The notes below the pieces were generated by a model, which was not told the DNA's origin, did no database searches, and worked only from the letters and a program-made list of their open reading frames with translations. From positions 1 to 64,000 of the IMG/VR virus record IMGVR_UViG_3300027715_000010: a stretch of DNA of 64,000 nt. One strand, written 5' to 3'. The stretch comes from a virus (lineage: Duplodnaviria > Caudoviricetes). Below, piece after piece: positions 25,981 through 34,405 of this stretch. How positions within the stretch are numbered: the stretch's first letter is position 1; each line of letters starts with the position of its first letter. A program made the position numbers and the translations under genes.

Positions 25981-25988
25981 TATTTATA
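25981..25988 (-). promoter_or_regulatory. Late promoter TATAAATA directly upstream of tRNA-Ser
   Basis: Overlaps the stop of the upstream gene; 5 nt from the tRNA 5' end. Confidence 0.75.
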
Positions 25989-27471
25989 CAAGGTTATAAG
26001 TCCATCTAATTTTACCACAATCCCAAACACGTAAATAACCAAGTTCTAATGCTTTTTGATGCTCAGTCTCACCAGGTTTACAACCTAGAGCTTTTCTAGT
26101 CATTGATTGCTTAGGAAATCTTAATTGCTTAGTTCCTTCTACAAAGTATGAATAATCACGCTTATATTCTACTTCTTTAATAAAACCAAGTTTTTCATAA
26201 ACATTACCCGTAGACCATCTATTATCTGACCAGCTGATTATCTTTTTATACTTAGAACCATATTCTTTTACGAAAGCTTGCAATAATCTAGAAGCACCAC
26301 CAATAACAGTAATACCGTGTACAAATGCTAATCTATTCAATACGATAATAGACTTATCATTGTTTCTATGATGTAAACCAAAAGATATAACACCAATTAG
26401 TTGTCCATTGTATTCTAAACCATAAGCATAAAGGATACTATTTGCTTCACCTTGTATATGATTATCTTCAAAGAACTTATTAGCTTGATACTTTTCAAGT
26501 TGTTTTATTGCACACTTTCTAGCATATACAACTTCTGAAGTACCGACAATAGAAAATAAAAAGTTCTTTACTTGATTTTGTTTAAGTAACCACTCGTCTT
26601 CAAAGATGGTAATTAGTCTATAACCTTTTTCTTGACACTTTTTATACTTTTCCCAATGATAAACATCATTACATCTAGTCAATTCGTGATGCCAGTATAA
26701 ACCACAGTATTCTACAGCTATTTTTTTGTCGTGGTCAACCATATCTAGTTCTTTATTACCAAGTATAGAATAATCACTTTTTACAAAATTACCACCAATA
26801 CTATTAAGATAATTACGAACTTTGTCTTCTGTATATTCTTTGTTTGGATCTCGTTGAATAAATGTAGTACCAAATCTATCTAAACGTGTCTGTAATGAAC
26901 GCTTTACTAATTCTGGGTCTGCCTGTGGATAATAACCATTAACTTCTTTGAAGTCATCAGCGTATTTTTTCATAGCCTTACCAATAACTTCTTTATGTGC
27001 TCTTAATTGTATATCATTTTTTACCAACCACTTCTTTACTGTAGAAGGTGTCGTTTTATAAGTTCTGGCTATATCTGATTGAGATTGTAATTTATTGTGA
27101 TACAAATCATATAATACATCTTTAGAAGGCACCTCTCTGTAATTATATGCGTGTCTATACACTTGTCCGGGGAAGCCGTAGTACTTACACCTGTCCTCCA
27201 CTAACCATACACTGAGACCCGTTTCTTTTGCAATCTGTGAGTATGATTTGGCATCTACTACACGCATCTGATATAAGGCATCTTTTGATATCTTGATTTC
27301 GGTCTTATCAATTCCATCAGAATCTGTGAATAATCCCTCTGGCCTCATTAGAACCTTTCCGTCAATAAGGATTTTTGTGATAGTCTTGCGTGGTATTCCA
27401 TATATCTTATTGAGTTGAGATATGGTCTTGCCGGACTTGTATTCTGCTATTATGTTATCTATGTTTTCCAT
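25984..27471 (-). CDS. Hef-like putative homing endonuclease (HTH repeats + PD-(D/E)XK domain + GNAT-like C-term)
   Basis: Repeated HTH segments; ELD......KIAVEY.GLYWH, RLITIFEDEW, GGASRL, SWSDNRWS.G.VY.KLGF, R.WDCG; start moved to ATG 27471. Confidence 0.75.
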   Translation of the reverse strand: MENIDNIIAEYKSGKTISQLNKIYGIPRKTITKILIDGKVLMRPEGLFTDSDGIDKTEIKISKDALYQMRVVDAKSYSQIAKETGLSVWLVEDRCKYYGFPGQVYRHAYNYREVPSKDVLYDLYHNKLQSQSDIARTYKTTPSTVKKWLVKNDIQLRAHKEVIGKAMKKYADDFKEVNGYYPQADPELVKRSLQTRLDRFGTTFIQRDPNKEYTEDKVRNYLNSIGGNFVKSDYSILGNKELDMVDHDKKIAVEYCGLYWHHELTRCNDVYHWEKYKKCQEKGYRLITIFEDEWLLKQNQVKNFLFSIVGTSEVVYARKCAIKQLEKYQANKFFEDNHIQGEANSILYAYGLEYNGQLIGVISFGLHHRNNDKSIIVLNRLAFVHGITVIGGASRLLQAFVKEYGSKYKKIISWSDNRWSTGNVYEKLGFIKEVEYKRDYSYFVEGTKQLRFPKQSMTRKALGCKPGETEHQKALELGYLRVWDCGKIRWTYNLV

Positions 27472-27478
27472 AGTACTA

Positions 27479-27507
27479 TATATAACACATTTAAGACATA
27501 AAGTCAA
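27479..27507 (-). promoter_or_regulatory. Early/middle sigma70-type promoter, probably leaderless
   Basis: TTGACT-N17-TATATA, 7 nt before ATG 27471, no SD. Confidence 0.7.
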
Positions 27508-27510
27508 GAC

Positions 27511-27545
27511 AAAAAAAGGATCCGATATTTTCATACCGGATCCCC
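27511..27545 (-). terminator. gp23 terminator
   Basis: GGATCCG...CGGATCC + T7. Confidence 0.88.
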
Positions 27546-27576
27546 AGAGTTTTATTAAACTTTTACTTAGAAGATA

Positions 27577-28920
27577 CTAAGCTAAGTTTAATACACGGAA
27601 TTTTCTGTAGTAGTGATTTCCGTGTGTAACCAAGTTAGAGTAAGGGTTAGCAACGATTCCGTAACGTGTCTTATAACCCACTACAGGCTGTAATGTTTTA
27701 GGGTCTACAGCTCTTAATGCTTCCAATGGAACGTAAGGGCAATAGAATAAACCAGCATCATAAACGTTTGAACCTTTATAACCAACAATAACTTCATTGT
27801 AAGTTAAATATGGGTCAATGAATACTTTGTAGTAACCATTGAGCATACCAACGAAAGTGTTACCAGTATCATCTACTGTTAAGTTGCTTTCTAAAGCTGG
27901 AGCATAAACCAATTTACCTGTGAGATTTAAAGCACTTGCTACATCAGATGAGCAGATGATAGTGTTACCACGACCTCTACGAGTATCTTTAGCAATGCTG
28001 TTAGCTACACGGTCAATGTAGAATAGCAATGATTTGTATTTTTCAGCTGACCAACGACCATCACTGTTTACGTCAAGGTCAAAAGAACCAGCAGCACTTA
28101 ATACAGGGTCACCAGCACTATCTTTTACAACAGAACCGTTTGAGTATTGAACTGTAGCAACTGATAATTTAGCAATTCTACGGATCGTTTCAATAACTTC
28201 ACGATTGATTTCAGCAAGAATTTCTGTGCTTAAGATTGTTGACAATTCAGATTCTGCATCCAAACCGTGAACTGATTTAAGATCTTGCATTAATTCAATG
28301 GTGTAGTTAGCTTTCAAACCACGAGAACCAGCAGATACTGATGTTTTCTCAATAGTGAAGCCCATTTCGCCCCATTCTTTATCCCCAGAAGTACCACGAC
28401 CTAATGTTTCAGCAACATCAGTGTACATTGAAGTACCTTCTTGATAGTTAGGATAACCAGGGTTATGTGTACCAGTACCAGAATATGAAGCGTCAATGTT
28501 TGACATAAAAGCTTCGTTTGGTGCTACACCGTTTGTCTGCCAAGTAGTTGTTTGAGAACCACCAGCATTGAAACCAGGACGAGCATCACCAGGAGTACCT
28601 AATGGACCGCTAGCAGGTGAACTTGATAAGATTGCGCGCATTGCGAAAATCAATCCAGTTGGACCTGTCATTGGTTGAACAGAACAAACATCGTAAGCAA
28701 TCAAGTTAGGCATTGCACGACGAACTAATTTAATCAACACTGGATCTACGATATCAACTTGTGCAGTACCAGTAGCTTCGGTAATCACAGAAGAACCATT
28801 TTTTTGGCCTTTAACTGTGTTTTCAATGAGCTGAGCAACAACATTTTGACGATGGCTATCTTTAATACCAGCCATATTCAATTCTTTTACTGCTCCCCAT
28901 TTTTTTGATAATTCAGACAT
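27577..28920 (-). CDS. gp23: Major capsid protein
   Basis: DPVLI.LVRRAMPNLIAYD.C.VQPM.GPTGLIFAMR, HGLDAE.EL..IL..EI.AEINRE, GRW..EK, YDAG.FYCPYVPL, KTRYG. Confidence 0.98.
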   Translation of the reverse strand: MSELSKKWGAVKELNMAGIKDSHRQNVVAQLIENTVKGQKNGSSVITEATGTAQVDIVDPVLIKLVRRAMPNLIAYDVCSVQPMTGPTGLIFAMRAILSSSPASGPLGTPGDARPGFNAGGSQTTTWQTNGVAPNEAFMSNIDASYSGTGTHNPGYPNYQEGTSMYTDVAETLGRGTSGDKEWGEMGFTIEKTSVSAGSRGLKANYTIELMQDLKSVHGLDAESELSTILSTEILAEINREVIETIRRIAKLSVATVQYSNGSVVKDSAGDPVLSAAGSFDLDVNSDGRWSAEKYKSLLFYIDRVANSIAKDTRRGRGNTIICSSDVASALNLTGKLVYAPALESNLTVDDTGNTFVGMLNGYYKVFIDPYLTYNEVIVGYKGSNVYDAGLFYCPYVPLEALRAVDPKTLQPVVGYKTRYGIVANPYSNLVTHGNHYYRKFRVLNLA

Positions 28921-28942
28921 ATTGTCTCCTTTTTATTATTAA

Positions 28943-30157
28943 CTATTTACTAAAAGCTTTCTTAACCAATTCAACATCAGAATCTACTGACTCTTTAATA
29001 ACAGCTTTTGATTCTACGATAGTTGGTTTTGAATTCTTATTAATATAACCTTCTTTCAATGCTTTTACTTTAGCAGCAAATTGCTTTGCGTCTTTGTAAG
29101 ATACATTTTCTGAAAGTTGTTTTAATTTCTCAGCTTGAGTTGCGCTTAAGCCTTCAGATAATGACTTAACAACCAATAGCTTTTTAGCATTGATATGTGC
29201 TTCTGATAACTTAACCAACTTTGCGTGATTTTCATTTAATCTCTTTGCTAAGTTTGCATTTCTTTCTGACAACTGTCTTAAAAGATTCGTTTTGTTAGCT
29301 GGTACAGTGATATAATGATTTTCAAGCAATGTTTTCAAACCACGAACCAAAGACTCGCTGAGCTGATTACGAACACCTTGCTCTAAAGCAATGCGATTCT
29401 TGTTAGCCCATTCTTTAGCTGTATAACTTAAGTACTTATCAACATTTTCAGTTAATTTTGACTTTTGTTTCTTTACAGCTTCTTTAAGAACTGCGTTTAC
29501 TTGTGGTTCTAAATTCTTTACTTGTTTACGAACTTGGTCACGAACTGCATTCTCAAAGATTGCTAATGCTTGTTTCTTGAAACCTTCGGTAAGTTTTTGA
29601 CCTTTGAATAAAGCATCAAAATGCTCTTTAATTTCAGCATCTTCTTGCTTTTCAGCTTCTAGGTCTTTTTCTTCCTCTTCATCAAATACGATTTTAATAC
29701 CGTCTTCTTCTGACTCATCTTCCTCAGATTTGATTTCTGCATCTAATTCGTCTTCGTTTTCTTCGGTCTTAAGTTCGTCTTTGTTTTCTTCTTCATCAGC
29801 TTCTTTGATGGTGTCTTCGTCATCTTTTGAACTGATTTCGTCTTCTTCAGTGATTTCTTTGTCGTCAAGATCTGCTAAAACATCTTCTTCAGATTCTTTT
29901 ACATCACCGAAATCAAGAACAACGTCGTCTTCTTCAGATAATTCTTTATCTAAATCTTCTTCGTTTTCTTCGGTCTTAAGTTCGTCTTCTTTTACTTCAG
30001 AATCTTCTTCTTCCTTAAGCTCATCAGCTTTTGGCTCTTCAGATTCGTCTTCTTCAGTAGCAAGGAGATTTTCATCTTCCTCGTTTTCTTCAGAAGCAAG
30101 GACTTCATCGTCTTTCTTTACGATTTCGTCTTCTTCTTTGAATAACTTTCTTGCCAT
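28943..30157 (-). CDS. gp22: Prohead scaffolding core protein with long acidic N-term
   Basis: L.E.FK..A..IFE.AV, VD.YL.Y...EW...N..A.E.G, GL..L..NHY..VP; position between gp21 and gp23. Confidence 0.92.
   Translation of the reverse strand: MARKLFKEEDEIVKKDDEVLASEENEEDENLLATEEDESEEPKADELKEEEDSEVKEDELKTEENEEDLDKELSEEDDVVLDFGDVKESEEDVLADLDDKEITEEDEISSKDDEDTIKEADEEENKDELKTEENEDELDAEIKSEEDESEEDGIKIVFDEEEEKDLEAEKQEDAEIKEHFDALFKGQKLTEGFKKQALAIFENAVRDQVRKQVKNLEPQVNAVLKEAVKKQKSKLTENVDKYLSYTAKEWANKNRIALEQGVRNQLSESLVRGLKTLLENHYITVPANKTNLLRQLSERNANLAKRLNENHAKLVKLSEAHINAKKLLVVKSLSEGLSATQAEKLKQLSENVSYKDAKQFAAKVKALKEGYINKNSKPTIVESKAVIKESVDSDVELVKKAFSK
29751..29988 (-). repeat. 31-bp direct repeat in gp22 (29751..29781, 29958..29988)
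   Basis: TCTTCGTTTTCTTCGGTCTTAAGTTCGTCTT, encodes DELKTEENE twice. Confidence 0.85.
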
Positions 30158-30189
30158 TTTAATTCCTCAATTTTATTAACCAATACATA

Positions 30190-30197
30190 TATTTATA
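30190..30197 (-). promoter_or_regulatory. Late promoter TATAAATA (gp22/gp23)
   Basis: Consensus in the intergenic gap. Confidence 0.85.
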
Positions 30198-30216
30198 TAA
30201 TAAAGAAAATCACCTT

Positions 30217-30885
30217 TTAGTTTCTTGCGAAACCTTCCATTAAGCTTCTGAAAAGTTTTACACTTTCCTCTTCAAGTTGCTTACTGGATATTGTTTTAAT
30301 ATGCTTTTTTGCTTCATCCATTTTCTGGCAAGCTTTTTCTTTGTAGATACCCTTTATAGCATCGTATACCCACTCTCTACCTTCCATCAATCCTTCAACC
30401 AAAGCACTTGGAGCTGATGGATCTGATACGATATCTACAGTAACTAGATGAAAGTCATCTTGCACTTCTGCGGCACCATTGTTTAACATTTTAATGGAAC
30501 CTAAACCTCTTGAAGACACACCTAATTGAATACCTTCTTTAATAAGAGCCTTTACTAACTGACCGTTGGCAGTATCTAATATCTTTGCACGACCTACGAT
30601 ATCATCACCACTAAACTCTAATGCTTCAATTAAATGAGAAGCACGGTCTAATTGGATATTTGGTGAGTCACTATGCTCTAATTCACCTAATGCTCTACGT
30701 GTTGCAATCATATCTTTAGAAAAACGAGCTACCTCATTTTCCATAATCTCTTTTGGATAGATACGACCATTTTGGTTCTTTATGTTTGATTGCATAAAAA
30801 TACCTTCAATAAAGAACTTCTTCTCGCCGTTCTCTTCTCTATTAAGTGTATTTACGTTTTGCTTAAACTCTTTAAGAAGCTTCAT
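30217..30885 (-). CDS. gp21: Prohead protease
   Basis: IEGIFMQ...KN.NGRIYP, RALGELEH, LGVSSRG.GS, D.V.DPSAP.A...G.MEG.EW. Confidence 0.97.
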   Translation of the reverse strand: MKLLKEFKQNVNTLNREENGEKKFFIEGIFMQSNIKNQNGRIYPKEIMENEVARFSKDMIATRRALGELEHSDSPNIQLDRASHLIEALEFSGDDIVGRAKILDTANGQLVKALIKEGIQLGVSSRGLGSIKMLNNGAAEVQDDFHLVTVDIVSDPSAPSALVEGLMEGREWVYDAIKGIYKEKACQKMDEAKKHIKTISSKQLEEESVKLFRSLMEGFARN

Positions 30886-31036
30886 TTGTAATATCCTTTA
30901 GAAGATTATCCGATACTTGCATTCTTATATTATCAATCTCAGATAATGCTCTATTTGCTAATTCTTTAGTAACTAAACTATTGTCGGGATTTTGTCCCTT
31001 AAATACTTGTTTCATAATAGTATTTATATTATCCAT
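30872..31036 (-). CDS. gp67-like prohead core protein, second copy (54 aa, missed by ORF track)
   Basis: Hand-translated MDNINTIM...ELANRALSEIDNIRMQVSDNLLKD; RBS AGGTG; aligns to 31045..31233. Confidence 0.65.
   Translation of the reverse strand: MDNINTIMKQVFKGQNPDNSLVTKELANRALSEIDNIRMQVSDNLLKDITNEAS
31021..31028 (-). promoter_or_regulatory. Late promoter TATAAATA (gp21)
   Basis: Consensus inside the small ORF, upstream of gp21. Confidence 0.6.
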
Positions 31037-31044
31037 AATCTCAC

Positions 31045-31233
31045 CTATTTTTGAAATGGTTTCTTTGTAGGAATATCAAACGTGCCAAAGTCTTTCATTA
31101 AACTTTCTGCAGCTTGAGAACGTATAGAATTAATAGTATCTATACTTTTCTGTGCCATAACTTTGTTTACGTTATCTTCTAACGATACTAGATTCTCATT
31201 AGCACAATAACTAACAATTTTACTTAGATCCAT
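31045..31233 (-). CDS. gp67-like prohead core protein
   Basis: Small helical ORF immediately after gp20. Confidence 0.65.
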   Translation of the reverse strand: MDLSKIVSYCANENLVSLEDNVNKVMAQKSIDTINSIRSQAAESLMKDFGTFDIPTKKPFQK

Positions 31234-32839
31234 TTATCTCTCCTATAATCTTTTCTATTTCATCCGTTTGGTCTTCTGTATTACCTAAATCTTCTGCCGC
31301 AGTAGGACTTGCAAGATCTTCCTCAGCGTCATTGGTATCTTGTATTAAAAGATCGTCCTTAGCATTCAATTTTAGAATCTGTGTCTTTACATATTCCTCG
31401 GTGAAGTATTTACCAATATATGGCTGAACGTGCTCTAATAAGGCAATACGATTGGTTAGAATTTCAGCATCCTTTAGTTCTTCAAAATATGAATTGGTAT
31501 TGAACTTAATTACCATTGTATTCTGTAAATCTTCCCAGTCTTCTGGATCTATAACACCAGTAATCAATAGTTGGGTTCTTAGTAAATCGTGAAAGATCTT
31601 AGCAAAACGACTTTGTAAACGATCTATCATCTTACCAAACTTGATTTCGTCACGGGTTATCTCAGATGCTTTACCAAGACTAAATCCATTTTCTGGATTG
31701 ATTCTGCTCAATGGAACGTTTAATGCGCGATACATATTCTTTTGGAAGTAGATCACATCATCTAAATTTCCAAGATTCTGCCCACCAGTTAGCTGAGCAA
31801 CCTCCGTAGAATTCTTACCGTTTCTGCGACTTAACCAGATATCCTCTTGCATACTCATAACTTGTGGTTGCTCTTTGGTCTGCCCGGTTGAAGCATCGTA
31901 AAGCATCTTATTGCGATACTTATGGATTAAGCTTTGAATATATTGCTCTGCTTTAAGTTTTGGTAGATTCTCAACATCAATGTAAAATACACGACGTTCT
32001 GGTGCCCTTGTAATACGATAGATAACCAGTGAGTCTTCCATCATTCTCATTTGGTTAATAGGTTTAATCGCTTTATGTAAATAACTAATAGGAAACTTTT
32101 TAATTTCTGTTGAAGTGCCAGGAGTACTAATCTGCACGTTCTTAACTTCAAAGTATGAATATAAACCAGAAGTTGCATAAGCTACACTTTCTATTGGTAG
32201 CATAATACCTTGCGCTTGTGAAGCTAAAGCATTGGTTGCATAAACAAAATGCTCATTGATAGTTTCAAAAACAGTCATACCGTCTTGCTGACGTTCTGTC
32301 TGATAGGTAGCAACTTTACGAATATCGTATGGTGATATTGGTCTGACTTCAACAATACCATCTTTTAAGTTTTCTTTATTCGTGATAATCTGAAAGTAAA
32401 TACGGCCATCTACGTAAAACTGTCTAAAGTAATCATATCCATCAACGTTGAACTTCATAAGCTTTAGAATATGGTCAAAAGCTTCGTGGATCTTCTGTTT
32501 TACTTCTTCTGAATACTTTTCTTTATCTAGGTAATCTAATATAAGATGTATTGGGTAAACATCTTCGTCTTTTACAATAGCTTCGCAAACAATATCATCT
32601 ATAGCATTGTCTACTTCTGGATGCGAAGTTAACTCACGATAAGTTCTAATTAACTGGGATTCTGAGTCATTTTGAGGATTGAAAGTTAGTGTATAACCAA
32701 TAAAGCCAGCAGCCATATTGCTATTATCAATAACATAAGAAGCATCCGTTGTTGGAGCAACTACAGATGGGTACTTCTTATCATCTATAAATCTTTCACC
32801 ATTTTTATTGAATAACTTAAAACCTTGCCAACTTGCCAC
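31220..32839 (-). CDS. gp20: Portal protein
   Basis: LI..YR....HPEVD.AI.DIV.EAIV, YVDGRI, SYLHKAIKP.NQ.RMMED..VIYRI.RAPERR.FYIDV. Confidence 0.98.
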   Translation of the reverse strand: MASWQGFKLFNKNGERFIDDKKYPSVVAPTTDASYVIDNSNMAAGFIGYTLTFNPQNDSESQLIRTYRELTSHPEVDNAIDDIVCEAIVKDEDVYPIHLILDYLDKEKYSEEVKQKIHEAFDHILKLMKFNVDGYDYFRQFYVDGRIYFQIITNKENLKDGIVEVRPISPYDIRKVATYQTERQQDGMTVFETINEHFVYATNALASQAQGIMLPIESVAYATSGLYSYFEVKNVQISTPGTSTEIKKFPISYLHKAIKPINQMRMMEDSLVIYRITRAPERRVFYIDVENLPKLKAEQYIQSLIHKYRNKMLYDASTGQTKEQPQVMSMQEDIWLSRRNGKNSTEVAQLTGGQNLGNLDDVIYFQKNMYRALNVPLSRINPENGFSLGKASEITRDEIKFGKMIDRLQSRFAKIFHDLLRTQLLITGVIDPEDWEDLQNTMVIKFNTNSYFEELKDAEILTNRIALLEHVQPYIGKYFTEEYVKTQILKLNAKDDLLIQDTNDAEEDLASPTAAEDLGNTEDQTDEIEKIIGEINGSK

Positions 32840-32877
32840 GATTTCTCTCCATTAAAGAATTTGTATTATCATAATGT

Positions 32878-32885
32878 TATTTATA
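32878..32885 (-). promoter_or_regulatory. Late promoter TATAAATA (gp20)
   Basis: Consensus adjoining the UUCG hairpin. Confidence 0.85.
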
Positions 32886-32886
32886 A

Positions 32887-32908
32887 GAGGAGGATCCGAA
32901 GATCCTCC
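32887..32908 (-). terminator. cUUCGg hairpin (terminator-like)
   Basis: GGAGGATC-TTCG-GATCCTCC. Confidence 0.7.
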
Positions 32909-32915
32909 ATTAGTT

Positions 32916-33806
32916 CTAAGCCTCTACGTAATAGTATTCTTGGTCTATATTACCAGTTTTTTCAATTTCTTTATTCTTCTGGTCTACAAACTTTTGAGCA
33001 TCTGCTTTATTAGGAAAGGTTTTGACTACTGTTTCTTTACCATCTTCATTGTGATAAAATACAGCAGCTACAGTTCCTTCGTTAAGTTTAGATTCCAGAA
33101 ACTTATTGCTTGGCAATAACTTCTTTAATTGATTAAATACTTCTTTATTACCACTGATAAACTCAATAGATCTTATGGCAAAGTGGTCTTTAAACTTATT
33201 GACTGTTGCTTCAACTGGTTTTTGCATATATATTTTAAGAAAACCAGCATCTGCAGTTTTATCAACACCAGACGTTGAATAGTATTTACGTAAAAAATTC
33301 TTTACAGCTTCTTTATCTTCAGTAAAGTTAAGTCTAATAAGTGCAAATTCTTCTAAACCTTCTTTCAGATTCTTACCTAATAACTGTAATAATCCACCAA
33401 CTGCGATGTAGCAATCAGACTTAATCTTAGCAACTGCTTTCTTAGCATCTGCAGATTCTGGTCTATCTTGAAACATACCAAGGAATCTTTGGATATCAGT
33501 AATATGTTTCATTACTTCCATAACAGATTCTTTTAGTTGCTCATTGGTCATTGTTTTATATTTTACTTTAATGGTAGTCATAAAATCCATAACTTCATCA
33601 AAGTGTCTCATCATTGCGAATACTTCGGATATTGTATTATATTTAGCAAGAACCGAAGCAGACTTATCTAAAACTGGTTCTGCTTGGTGTGCAATCTTAT
33701 CCCAAGAATCGGCATTCTTCTCTATATAATCTTTGGTGCTTTGTACTAACTCAGCTTCCTTGATTATACTTTTATTTTCTTTTATAAATTGTGTAAATCT
33801 CTTCAT
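32916..33806 (-). CDS. Putative internal head polyprotein
   Basis: MKRFTQFIKE leader; internal IIKE, NLKE and FLESKLNE sites. Confidence 0.6.
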   Translation of the reverse strand: MKRFTQFIKENKSIIKEAELVQSTKDYIEKNADSWDKIAHQAEPVLDKSASVLAKYNTISEVFAMMRHFDEVMDFMTTIKVKYKTMTNEQLKESVMEVMKHITDIQRFLGMFQDRPESADAKKAVAKIKSDCYIAVGGLLQLLGKNLKEGLEEFALIRLNFTEDKEAVKNFLRKYYSTSGVDKTADAGFLKIYMQKPVEATVNKFKDHFAIRSIEFISGNKEVFNQLKKLLPSNKFLESKLNEGTVAAVFYHNEDGKETVVKTFPNKADAQKFVDQKNKEIEKTGNIDQEYYYVEA

Positions 33807-33825
33807 TTTAGTACTCTTGCATAGT

Positions 33826-33850
33826 TGGGAGGATCCGAAGACCCTCCCGA
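33826..33850 (-). other. cUUCGg hairpin after gp19, near-copy of the 32887 hairpin
   Basis: GGGAGGGTC-TTCG-GATCCTCCC, no U tract. Confidence 0.7.
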
Positions 33851-33857
33851 TTTATTA

Positions 33858-34394
33858 TTAATTTATATCGTTAGTTGTAAAATGAGTAGCTTGGAACTTT
33901 ACATCAAATTCCTCTACTTTATCCACATCATTCCAATTCAACTTAACAGTGCCGATATCACTTGGCCAAGCATTATGAATTGTATAAGTTCTAATAATCG
34001 TAGAACCATCTACATCTAATTGCTGTACCGTGAGATCTTGCCAGTGCCCTTGTTTTACATCACCAGGGATTCTAGCATTATCTGTGAAGGACATTAAGCC
34101 ATTTTGCCATTGCTCAAAAGCTTTACGAACTTCAAAATCACGATCCAAACGAACACCAACTGACCACTCAATAGAAGGTCTATCACCAGGTATTGCAATC
34201 TTACGACCCATATACTCAACCGTGGTAATACCAGTGGTTAAAGTTGGAAGGTCTGTACTATTACAATAGAAAATAGATGACGTTGTTGGAACGGTCACGT
34301 AAGAAGGAAATGATAATTGTACACGAAAACGATTTGACCTTGCACCACCTTTAAACTGTGCAATAAAATCGTTTATATTTGTATTACTAGCCAT
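33858..34394 (-). CDS. gp19: Tail tube protein
   Basis: GGARSNRF.V, LP........Y.GR.I.I.GDR....W, V.QLD..G...R.Y....AWP..I....L.W. Confidence 0.95.
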   Translation of the reverse strand: MASNTNINDFIAQFKGGARSNRFRVQLSFPSYVTVPTTSSIFYCNSTDLPTLTTGITTVEYMGRKIAIPGDRPSIEWSVGVRLDRDFEVRKAFEQWQNGLMSFTDNARIPGDVKQGHWQDLTVQQLDVDGSTIIRTYTIHNAWPSDIGTVKLNWNDVDKVEEFDVKFQATHFTTNDIN

Positions 34395-34405
34395 AATTTA
34401 TCTCC

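Noticed and set aside
29604-30179. 191-aa Ser-rich + strand ORF
   Set aside because: Antisense shadow of the Glu/Asp-rich gp22 repeats
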